From assembly GCA_041521345.1 (NCBI GenBank), contig JBGOHB010000002.1: a DNA stretch of 32,000 nucleotides; one strand, 5' to 3'. This stretch comes from Virgibacillus oceani (GTDB taxonomy: Bacteria > Bacillota > Bacilli > Bacillales > Amphibacillaceae). Below are positions 19,022 through 25,982 of the stretch, one piece after another; position 1 is the stretch's first letter, and the number at the start of each line of letters is the position of its first letter. Below the pieces are notes generated by a model. It was not told where the DNA came from and did not search any database. It saw only the letters and a list, made by a program, of their open reading frames with translations. A program made the position numbers and the translations under genes.

Positions 19022-19290
19022 GATTAGCGACGTATGGACTGGACTGAGCCGTAGGAGATAAAGGAAACATGCCCCTTCATAGGGGTATGCCGACGTTGGA
19101 CGCGAAGTCCGATTTTAGTCGACCTTCCTTCTACATAGGAGCCATGTTGACTTATCGAAGGATGTTCGGTTAAAAACGCGACGTCCTGTCGCAACACCGA
19201 ACTGACCTGCATCCTGCAGGCCCGAGGTGAAGGACGTCTCGCTAGTCGCTAAGCGTGGAGCGGGACGTGGCTAAACTTGTTGTTTCATTA
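19022..19290. repeat. GC-rich mosaic intergenic repeat, copy D (inverted relative to copy B)
   Basis: The reverse complement of 19071-19128 aligns to 10722-10785. Exact shared words are AACGTCGGCAT and CGACTAAAA, followed by a CCCCT/AGGGG hairpin. It also shares CAGGACGT-GCGTTTTT with copy A. Confidence 0.7.
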
Positions 19291-19316
19291 ACACCTACAT
19301 AAAATTATATACTTTC

Positions 19317-19868
19317 TTATTTCCCCAGTGTAAGACTCGCCTGAGGGAGCGGCCAGTATGTCATACCGACTTTTCCTACAAGCACTTCCTGATCAATAAA
19401 ACCGAATGACCTGCTGTCAAGACTATCCTGCCGGTTGTCACCAAGCACGAATAATTTTCCTTCAGGCACTTGTGTTTCACCTGTCAGCGCTTTTAGCGTG
19501 AAATCCTCTGTAAAAGGGTCGGAACTGCTAGCCATTTTATATGATTCCAGAAATTCCTCTTCAACATATTCACCGTTCACATACAATTGATCGTTCTTAT
19601 ATTCTATTTTGTCTCCCGGTGTTCCAATGACTCGTTTCACGTAATCTTCTTGGTCATTTGCATGAAAAACAACGACATCAAAACGGTCTGCCTCCTGCAG
19701 GTTATAAAGTACTTTATTCACGATTAACAAATTGCCGTCATTCAATGTGGGCTGCATTGATTCTCCGACAACTGAATAATTTGCAAATATGACGCTTCTC
19801 AGCGTAAAAGCAAGAACCAATGCAATGCTTATTGCAATAAGCAACCTAGGGTAGTTTACTTTTTTCAT
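19317..19868 (-). CDS. lepB: signal peptidase I (SipV/SipS-type)
   Basis: N-terminal TM anchor, catalytic Ser box GESMQPTL, Lys box YVKRVIG and GDNRQDSLDSR. Confidence 0.95.
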   Translation of the reverse strand: MKKVNYPRLLIAISIALVLAFTLRSVIFANYSVVGESMQPTLNDGNLLIVNKVLYNLQEADRFDVVVFHANDQEDYVKRVIGTPGDKIEYKNDQLYVNGEYVEEEFLESYKMASSSDPFTEDFTLKALTGETQVPEGKLFVLGDNRQDSLDSRSFGFIDQEVLVGKVGMTYWPLPQASLTLGK

Positions 19869-20368
19869 GATTATCTTCCTCCAGATATCATTCTACCCTT
19901 TTTATTGGCTCTTCAACCCTCTTAAAGCTTGGTTTCATGCCTTGTTAACAATTTTCTACCCAATCTTTTCTCCATATATTTGCCAATCACCTAAAATAAT
20001 AAAATACATAACCTACTGTCTTGTTTCGATTTGGAACGGGTGGAAACTCCATAACATTTGAACTCAATAGGCAAGCTCGCCCTTCACTGCATACATGCTG
20101 CTAAAACTGATGATACAGAAACGTTGAATAAATTTTTGAAAGGTTTTTACTCGTGAAATTATTCTATACTCAATTCGTATCCCATTCATATCAACCAGGA
20201 TTAAACTGAAGTGTTTAATTCTAATCCAAACTGCCTGCTATACCTAGTCAGAACCACGGAACAGCTACTTTAATTTCATTGTTTTTCATTTTTTTATTGT
20301 ATTTTTCCGTTGGTTTTGCATATAATATAGAAACAGAGAACATTTGTTCTTTTTTGGAGGGATGTCGT

Positions 20369-20758
20369 ATGCGGTATCTTCAAGATGAGGATTCTAAAGT
20401 GTCCGTACGTTTTCTTTTTTTATCCATGGCAATGATCGTCATTGAGCAGGATATAAAGCATGTGGAAGCCGGACCATTCAAAATAAAAGAACCGTATCTG
20501 CAGCTATTGAAAAGCATGATGCAGATCGCTGTTAGTGAACGGAAGCAGTTAAGAAAAATCATGTTGCAGAAAAGCATGCATGTAGTAAGACTGCATAAAA
20601 ATGATTCGTTCTCCACTTTTTTACTTATCTGTGATGGTCATGAGGAAAAAAGGAATTTTTTTAATCCGGCAATACGGATGAAAGTGGAGGAAATTTTACA
20701 GGAGCTTATGGATAAGGCTCTGCTATCATCCCAGCAGTATGTTTCTTCAAATACTTGA
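20369..20758 (+). CDS. hypothetical protein, 129 aa (position corresponds to the B. subtilis yhjD/yhzC neighbourhood)
   Basis: ATG at 20369 follows GGAGGGATGTCGT. The track start at 20279 has no RBS. Its 3' end overlaps the comK remnant convergently by 53 nt. Confidence 0.5.
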   Translation: MRYLQDEDSKVSVRFLFLSMAMIVIEQDIKHVEAGPFKIKEPYLQLLKSMMQIAVSERKQLRKIMLQKSMHVVRLHKNDSFSTFLLICDGHEEKRNFFNPAIRMKVEEILQELMDKALLSSQQYVSSNT

Positions 20759-20963
20759 GCCGGTGATCCAGCGTATAGCGAAATTGAGCCGTTCGCTGTA
20801 TTTGATTTTGAATCGAACCATAAGAAACTTGCAGCAACACCCGCTGGCCATCTTTGAAAATAATTTCCGTACCTTTACCCACTTTATTAACATGTTCAAT
20901 ATGGGAATGACCAATCCATGAGCATGAGGGGTTTCTCGGAGATGTAGTCGGAAAGAAGTACAT
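20706..20963 (-). pseudogene. comK: comK 3' fragment (C-terminal half of the competence transcription factor), truncated by prophage insertion
   Basis: FFPTTSPRNPSCSWIGHSHIEHV...LQVSYGSIQNQIQRTAQFRYTLDHRL aligns to B. subtilis ComK LFPTLSSTRPQCGWISHVHVKEF...LPISYNSFENQVYRTAWLRTKFQDRI (second half of the protein). An in-frame stop lies 8 codons upstream of the ATG (20990-20988). Phage genes follow immediately. Confidence 0.8.
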
Positions 20964-21141
20964 GCTAATTATAACAATGTAATAGACTTATTAATAATAT
21001 AAAACACTGATTTAATAGGGTTTTAGGGAGTGTGCTTCCAGTTGAATAAGTCTATTTTTTTATTGAAAGTGTATCACGAGTTGTATCACAGATAAACAAT
21101 AATAAATATAGAGGAGCCTTGAAGGCTCTTTTTCTTTTGTG

Positions 21142-21169
21142 AAAATAAAAAGCCCTCGGTGTGAGGGCT
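21142..21169 (-). terminator. rho-independent terminator ending the accessory operon
   Basis: Stem AGCCCTC / GAGGGCT starts right after the stop codon and is followed on the minus strand by TTTTTATTTT. Confidence 0.8.
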
Positions 21170-21712
21170 TTACATTTGAGTTATAAAAGTAACTATAATT
21201 GCTGATATTCCTATAATAAAAGCCACTTGTCCCCAAAAGTTAGTTCTTTTCATTGACTCTAAATTTTTAACGGAATCATCAATTTTTTGTTCTGACTTTT
21301 CAAGACTAGCTTTCATTTTCTCATTTTCTTCAACAATTTTATTTTCAAGTTTTTCTATTACTGCAATAAAGCGTTCTTCTCTTTCTTTACTTTCTTTTTG
21401 ATAATTTTTTAAAGATTCATTAAAACGTTCTTCACGATTAATCGTTTCTTCCCTAAGCCTTGTTTCACGTTCTCGTGCATCATCCAGTAAATGCTTTTCT
21501 GTTTCTCTTCTATCGGTATCAACTTTTTCCATATATTTTTCTAATATTTTACTGTCATCCATTTTTTCACCGCCGTTATATTGATGGTTACTAGTTGCTG
21601 CTATTTCATTTATAGGTATAGCATGGTTTAAGTGTGATCTTTTACGTTTACCACCTATAACACCGTCAGACTGTCCAGGAAATTCAATGACTTTGCCCTC
21701 AGAAGCATTCAT
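21170..21712 (-). CDS. C-tail-anchored coiled-coil membrane protein, 180 aa, function unknown
   Basis: ATGA start/stop overlap with the upstream gene; RBS GGAGAGGG. A long charged E/K/R heptad-like region ends in a single C-terminal TM segment (FWGQVAFIIGISAIIVTFITQM). Confidence 0.65.
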   Translation of the reverse strand: MNASEGKVIEFPGQSDGVIGGKRKRSHLNHAIPINEIAATSNHQYNGGEKMDDSKILEKYMEKVDTDRRETEKHLLDDARERETRLREETINREERFNESLKNYQKESKEREERFIAVIEKLENKIVEENEKMKASLEKSEQKIDDSVKNLESMKRTNFWGQVAFIIGISAIIVTFITQM

Positions 21713-22350
21713 TCATTTTCCCTCTCCTCTAACTCACTTTCAAGTGTAATCAGATATTCCTTTAAATCAATAGTTGTCGATTCTAAATCAGAAACAATGG
21801 TTCTAAGGTTAGATATATCTTCGAAACTGACAGCCCCTTCATTTAACATTAATGAAAAATAATACAGAATATCAGATATCATTAAAGAAAAATCTTTCGT
21901 GTCCACAGACATTAAAAATTGATCAGAATCATTTCTTAGTAGGTACATATTAAACATGTTTCTATTCTGATTATGCGTAAAATCCACTTTATCAAAACCC
22001 AAAGGATTAACATTGAATTGTTTGGCTCTCTTAAAATCCAATGAATAATTAAACAATAAATAATTCAAAAAAGTATTTGCTTTTTCGTTTTTAAATATTA
22101 TATCGTCATAGGAATTGTCTTTAATATTTCCTCCCAATGCAAACCAAAATAGAAACATCGAAGCCTCTATTCCCATTATTTTAGGTAAAAATTCATCTCT
22201 CAAATTATAATATGACTTTGGCCATTCAGGACCTTCTATGCAACGATCAATAGTGTTTATTAATAGATGCTTATTAAATTCGTCTGATATGTAATCAATA
22301 AATGAATTGTAACCTTCTATTACTTGGTTGTAATCTAAATCTATTTCCAA
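21709..22350 (-). CDS. hypothetical protein, 213 aa, no recognisable motif
   Basis: Preferred start is TTG at 22350, 7 nt after AAGGAGGG. The track ATG at 22461 has no RBS and overlaps the YolD-like gene. Very AT-rich. Translationally coupled to the downstream gene. Confidence 0.6.
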   Translation of the reverse strand: MEIDLDYNQVIEGYNSFIDYISDEFNKHLLINTIDRCIEGPEWPKSYYNLRDEFLPKIMGIEASMFLFWFALGGNIKDNSYDDIIFKNEKANTFLNYLLFNYSLDFKRAKQFNVNPLGFDKVDFTHNQNRNMFNMYLLRNDSDQFLMSVDTKDFSLMISDILYYFSLMLNEGAVSFEDISNLRTIVSDLESTTIDLKEYLITLESELEERENE

Positions 22351-22441
22351 TATTTCTCCCTCCTTATATTGAATACATTCTACAAATAAGGTCTCTTTTC
22401 CTGCTTTTTTGCAAAATAGATATAACAATTGTAAATTTAAT

Positions 22442-22756
22442 TTAATCCACCATAACATCAATTACATCATTAATGCCAACCTTTGTTCCGTCATCAAAAA
22501 TAATACAGTCATCAGCAACAATACTTTTTAATTTACCTCTCAACATATGGTATTCATAATTGCTGAAAAACTTTACTTCAACAGTAAGACTATCGTGAAT
22601 AGCAAGCTGCAGCTTCATCACATTTTCCTCTATCTGCTGTTCATCCTGGATTGGCTTTTCTTTTTTATCATCTTCTGCCCACATTTCTTTAATCATCTGT
22701 ACATGCTCAGGCAACATGAGCGTAGTCCATTTTATGCTACCCCTGTCATTTGTCAT
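22442..22756 (-). CDS. YolD-like protein
   Basis: RGSIKWTTLMLPEHVQMIKEMW matches the YolD-family signature (R-G-x-I-K-W...MLPEH). RBS AGGAGG. ATGA overlap with the upstream gene. Confidence 0.75.
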   Translation of the reverse strand: MTNDRGSIKWTTLMLPEHVQMIKEMWAEDDKKEKPIQDEQQIEENVMKLQLAIHDSLTVEVKFFSNYEYHMLRGKLKSIVADDCIIFDDGTKVGINDVIDVMVD

Positions 22757-22965
22757 GCTGTAAACCTCCTGCTTGCTTTTTGTAACGACAATATGTTTTC
22801 CATTTTAAAGGTGCGTACCTTCTTCCGATAATAACAATAAGCTAAAATGCTGTTTTCATGCTTATCCAGTACCCGGATAAACCGCTGTGTCAAGTTATTA
22901 TCGTCATCAATATAAATCATTTCCAACACAGTTTTACTACCGACGGCACGGTTTATTAAGTCCAT
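22753..22965 (-). CDS. small WYL-like domain protein, 70 aa
   Basis: VLEMIYIDDDNNLTQRFIRVLDKHENSILAYCYYRKKVRTFKMENILSL follows the WYL-domain pattern (Y-x-d-x-g-x-x-T-x-R-x-I...ayC...R-x-F...I). RBS GAGGTGA. Confidence 0.5.
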   Translation of the reverse strand: MDLINRAVGSKTVLEMIYIDDDNNLTQRFIRVLDKHENSILAYCYYRKKVRTFKMENILSLQKASRRFTA

Positions 22966-22981
22966 AAGATCACCTCAAAAG

Positions 22982-23035
22982 GAAACGTTTGTTCTAATAT
23001 GATACCATAAAAACGAGAACGTGTGTACTGTTGTT
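22982..23035 (-). promoter_or_regulatory. putative SOS-regulated promoter with two LexA (Cheo) boxes
   Basis: On the minus strand: -35 TACACA, 17-nt spacer, extended -10 TGgTATCAT. Box 1 is AGAACAAACGTTTC (22995-22982), just downstream of -10. Box 2 is AGTACACACGTTCT (23029-23016), overlapping -35, with one mismatch to GAAC-N4-GTTC. Confidence 0.55.
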
Positions 23036-23040
23036 TATAG

Positions 23041-23068
23041 TTGAATATTTTGCTTTTTAATATATAAT
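23041..23068 (+). promoter_or_regulatory. putative sigma-A promoter for the small Cys-rich ORF (divergent from the SOS promoter)
   Basis: TTGAAT, 16-nt spacer, TATAAT. Confidence 0.4.
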
Positions 23069-23159
23069 AAAAAATAAAAACCAAAATAACAGAAATCAAT
23101 AGAAAAGAATAAAAATATGGTTTCCAAATTATTTTTACCAAAAAATTGGAGGTATTTTT

Positions 23160-23303
23160 ATGAGTGATAATTACTGTGAATGCAATTCAATCGCAGGAGT
23201 GTATACTGATAATGTGGATTTTGGATATTGGGAGTACTGCACTGAATGCAATAAAAAGTTAGAAGATGGGTTCCATTATTATGATGAGCCTGAACTATAT
23301 TAA
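23160..23303 (+). CDS. 47-aa CxC...CxxC zinc-ribbon-like microprotein
   Basis: Below the track cutoff. ATG follows TTGGAGGTATTTTT. Translation MSDNYCECNSIAGVYTDNVDFGYWEYCTECNKKLEDGFHYYDEPELY. A terminator follows. Confidence 0.5.
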   Translation: MSDNYCECNSIAGVYTDNVDFGYWEYCTECNKKLEDGFHYYDEPELY

Positions 23304-23316
23304 AAGTTTATTGTTT

Positions 23317-23351
23317 AAAAAGGGTAGAGTTTTCCAGGCTCCACCCTTTTT
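23317..23351. terminator. bidirectional terminator (small plus-strand ORF / endolysin)
   Basis: Stem GGGTAGAG / CTCCACCC (one mismatch), flanked by an A-run and a T-run. Confidence 0.65.
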
Positions 23352-23392
23352 AAAATCAATAACACAAACATGAAAGAAGGATTTAACCTTAA

Positions 23393-24322
23393 TTATACAA
23401 ATGTCCCTGAATTTAATTGACGTTGCATTTCCCTGACCACCATAGATGGCCTACTTAACACACCATCTACGGTAGTACCCAAGTAAGTCTGTAACAACCT
23501 AATTGTCTGCGGTCCGAGTAAACCATCCACAGTAGCTCCAATTAACTTCTGCAACGCACGAATCACCATACTGCCGCCGCTGTTACTAAAACGTACAGTA
23601 TTGCCGTACATAGCTTCAGTGACAGAGTTTCTACGTTGGTTACTTATGATATCGTCAACAGTTGTACCAAGCGCAACCTGTAACGCTCCTGTTGTAGCAC
23701 CTCCCCACTTGCCATCAACTGTGAGGTTTGCACCTTTTGACTTGCTTGGAGGTTTAGCCTTTCCACCGCCAGAGCCGCCAGACAGCCCCAAATAAACCGC
23801 AATCCCTTTCGCATGTGCCTCAGCAATCTTTCTCAGGTTGCTATCACTCTTTAAAAAATCTGCATCCTGTGAATTGTCGATAAAGCCGTTTTCCGTTAGT
23901 ACTGCCGGCATACTGGACTGTCTCAATACTGCAAAGTTAGCCTGTTTTTTACCACGGTTGTTTCTAAACAGCGGAGCCAATTCTGCATGTAATGCATCTT
24001 GCAATTTTCCAGCTTCGGAATTTCTGCTTAATTGATTATAAATATAATCCTCATACCCATAGGCAGATCCGTTAAAAGCATTAATGTGGATAGATACAAA
24101 GATATCTGCTCCCCAGCTGTTTGCATCATTTGTACGATCTGTTAGCGATGGGAAACTGTCATCATTACGAGACATTCTCACAGATACACCACTATAATCA
24201 TTCTGCAAATAGTTCCTTGTATAACGTGCGATTTTTAGCACCACATCTTTTTCCTTTAATCCATTACCCGCAGCACCCGGATCACTGCCACCATGACCTG
24301 GATCTAAATATACTTTAGACAT
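23393..24322 (-). CDS. N-acetylmuramoyl-L-alanine amidase endolysin (Amidase_3 plus peptidoglycan-binding repeats)
   Basis: MSKVYLDPGHGGSDPGA...SIHINA matches the amidase_3 core. The C-terminus has three VDG-x-x-G-x-x-T...LQ repeats (PG_binding_1-like). Confidence 0.95.
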   Translation of the reverse strand: MSKVYLDPGHGGSDPGAAGNGLKEKDVVLKIARYTRNYLQNDYSGVSVRMSRNDDSFPSLTDRTNDANSWGADIFVSIHINAFNGSAYGYEDYIYNQLSRNSEAGKLQDALHAELAPLFRNNRGKKQANFAVLRQSSMPAVLTENGFIDNSQDADFLKSDSNLRKIAEAHAKGIAVYLGLSGGSGGGKAKPPSKSKGANLTVDGKWGGATTGALQVALGTTVDDIISNQRRNSVTEAMYGNTVRFSNSGGSMVIRALQKLIGATVDGLLGPQTIRLLQTYLGTTVDGVLSRPSMVVREMQRQLNSGTFV

Positions 24323-24573
24323 TATTTAGCCTCCTTTTCTCCATTTAAATACTGCTGAGCCCTTTTAGCTTCAGCCGTCCAGTTATTGTTTTTCCAGTGA
24401 TTCCAAATCTCTGTACCCGCCAATGCAATAACAGATATACCTGCTACAATAGTCTCGTTGTCAAAAGGAAGTAGTTCATATCCAAACATTAGAGCTCCAG
24501 CATTAGCAAATACAACTGCCATAGCTACCAGACGGATCCATTTGTTATCAATTTTTTTAAGTTGTTTTCTCAT
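24322..24573 (-). CDS. holin (SPP1/XhlB-type)
   Basis: 83 aa with two TM segments and the HWKNNNWT motif typical of this holin family, followed by a charged tail. TAATG junction with the amidase gene. Confidence 0.8.
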   Translation of the reverse strand: MRKQLKKIDNKWIRLVAMAVVFANAGALMFGYELLPFDNETIVAGISVIALAGTEIWNHWKNNNWTAEAKRAQQYLNGEKEAK

Positions 24574-24878
24574 CTCTGATCACCCCCTTTATCTAAATTA
24601 TCCAATCGCTTATGAGCTTGTTTGGACGATTCCTCAACCCTAGTTAAACGTTCGCCTAATGCACCTATTCGCTTTTCGTTCGCCCTTAGATCAATCCGGA
24701 TATCATCAACACCTTTACGGATATAATCAAGACCAGCCTTTACTTCTGCACTTTCTTTTGTATCGTTTTTGGTGGATGTGCTTTTTTTAGATTGATAGGT
24801 TAAATAAGCGATAAGAACACCAATAACGGCAATAAAAAAAGATCCAATTGAAATCAATATTCCTAGTTCGACACTCAT
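24570..24878 (-). CDS. lysis-cassette membrane protein (N-terminal TM plus coiled coil), in the XhlA position
   Basis: 102 aa. TM segment GILISIGSFFIAVIGVLIAYL, then a coiled coil. 4-nt overlap with the holin start. Confidence 0.6.
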   Translation of the reverse strand: MSVELGILISIGSFFIAVIGVLIAYLTYQSKKSTSTKNDTKESAEVKAGLDYIRKGVDDIRIDLRANEKRIGALGERLTRVEESSKQAHKRLDNLDKGGDQR

Positions 24879-24944
24879 GCTCGACCCCCTACATTTTCAG
24901 ACATCAAAAAAAGGAAGCCTGTAAGCTCCCGTATTTCCCCATAT

Positions 24945-24968
24945 AAAAAAGCACCTCGTTTGAGATGC
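24945..24968 (-). terminator. rho-independent terminator (copy 1 of an exact repeat)
   Basis: On the minus strand GCATCTC-AAAC-GAGGTGC-TTTTTT, directly after the stop codon. Identical to 31324-31347. Confidence 0.75.
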
Positions 24969-25487
24969 CTACAATACTTTTATTACTTTAGCTTTACCTG
25001 TAAACAAGTACTCTACTTTTTTATTATCTAACACATGTCCTCCCCAGTATTTATTGGCATTCTCCCTAACTTTTGATAGAGGAATCGGATTTCCTTCAAC
25101 AAAAGTTGCGTCACACTTAAACACTACCCCAGTTAATGACAATTCAAGAAGTTGCACTTTATTATGCTCAAAATGCATTTTCCAGTCTTTCATACTTTCA
25201 TAATCTCCAACCCAAAGAGAAGTAAATCTTGACGGTAAGTTTTCATTAATGTTTTTTCTCTCCTCTTCAAAAATTGTCTCTCTAGCATAGTGCCAGTAAA
25301 AAGTAACTGCGCTTATTAGGGCTTGTTTATTATTTATAACATTCGGTACTTGGTTTTCATATGAAGACATAAATGGATTGATTGTTTTGCCTATGTTTAA
25401 AATATCACCCTCAGATAATAAGTTATATGGATTTTGATTACTTGTTGAATTACAATGATAAAAAATTTCATTTACTACTTCTTTCAT
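24969..25487 (-). CDS. hypothetical protein, 172 aa (accessory gene between the tail-fibre and lysis modules)
   Basis: ATG at 25487 follows AGGAGGGGATTTTT. AT-rich. Has its own terminator. Confidence 0.6.
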   Translation of the reverse strand: MKEVVNEIFYHCNSTSNQNPYNLLSEGDILNIGKTINPFMSSYENQVPNVINNKQALISAVTFYWHYARETIFEEERKNINENLPSRFTSLWVGDYESMKDWKMHFEHNKVQLLELSLTGVVFKCDATFVEGNPIPLSKVRENANKYWGGHVLDNKKVEYLFTGKAKVIKVL

Positions 25488-25562
25488 AAAAATCCCCTCC
25501 TGCCTAATTATTTCTACAGGGTGGGGCAAAAGTCCTTCTTTTTTCACACATAAAAATAACGC

Positions 25563-25982
25563 CTATTCAGCGTTAACCTCTTCTATAAATATTTCTTCTG
25601 CCATTTCTTCCAGTCTTTCCATAGCCTTGTTTTCTTCATATTCTTTATCACTTAATTCAAAATTCCCATTGAAACTGACAGTCCGATTATCATTCCTTGT
25701 AGTGTACGATATTTGCACACTCACTACTTCATCATCTGAGTATCTTGTATTAATACTTCTAACCTCAAAATTCAAATTAGGGACTTCATCAAGCAAATGC
25801 TGTTTTGCCATTTGTTCCAAGGTGGCAATTGATTCATTTCCTTCATATTCATCTGCAGACAAGTTAAAATTTCCATTTCCATTAACAGATCGGCTTTCAG
25901 TATTTGCTTTATACGATACCTGAACATTGTCTATTTGGCTTTCTTTGTATCTGGTGTTGATGCTTCTGACTTCGAATTGCAT
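25563..25982 (-). CDS. hypothetical protein, 139 aa, made of two tandem ~68-aa repeats
   Basis: ATG at 25982 follows AAAGGAGG plus 9 nt. Both halves begin FEVRSINTRY and align throughout. Confidence 0.65.
   Translation of the reverse strand: MQFEVRSINTRYKESQIDNVQVSYKANTESRSVNGNGNFNLSADEYEGNESIATLEQMAKQHLLDEVPNLNFEVRSINTRYSDDEVVSVQISYTTRNDNRTVSFNGNFELSDKEYEENKAMERLEEMAEEIFIEEVNAE

Noticed and set aside
18536-19290. Repeat blocks flanking addBA considered as the ends of a composite transposon or IS
   Set aside because: There is no transposase or recombinase ORF. The blocks are mosaics rather than matched full-length inverted copies, and addBA is core genome in conserved synteny.
20380-20921. 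ORFs 20380-20616 (minus) and 20739-20921 (plus)
   Set aside because: They are antisense to the RBS-supported 129-aa gene and to the comK remnant respectively, and have no independent support.
21110-21140. Plus-strand hairpin GAGCCTTGAAGGCTC followed by a T-run, considered as a terminator
   Set aside because: No plus-strand gene ends upstream of it within the prophage junction. It may be an insulating or bidirectional element, but support is insufficient to call it.
21709-22461. Longer 250-aa version of the unknown gene starting at the ATG at 22461
   Set aside because: There is no RBS, it overlaps the YolD-like gene by 20 nt, and the extra N-terminus looks like noise. The TTG at 22350 has a consensus RBS. 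The longer form cannot be fully excluded.
22956-23141. 61-aa hydrophobic minus-strand ORF
   Set aside because: It covers the AT-rich divergent promoter / LexA-box region, has no RBS, and overlaps the start of the WYL-like gene. It is better explained as regulatory DNA.
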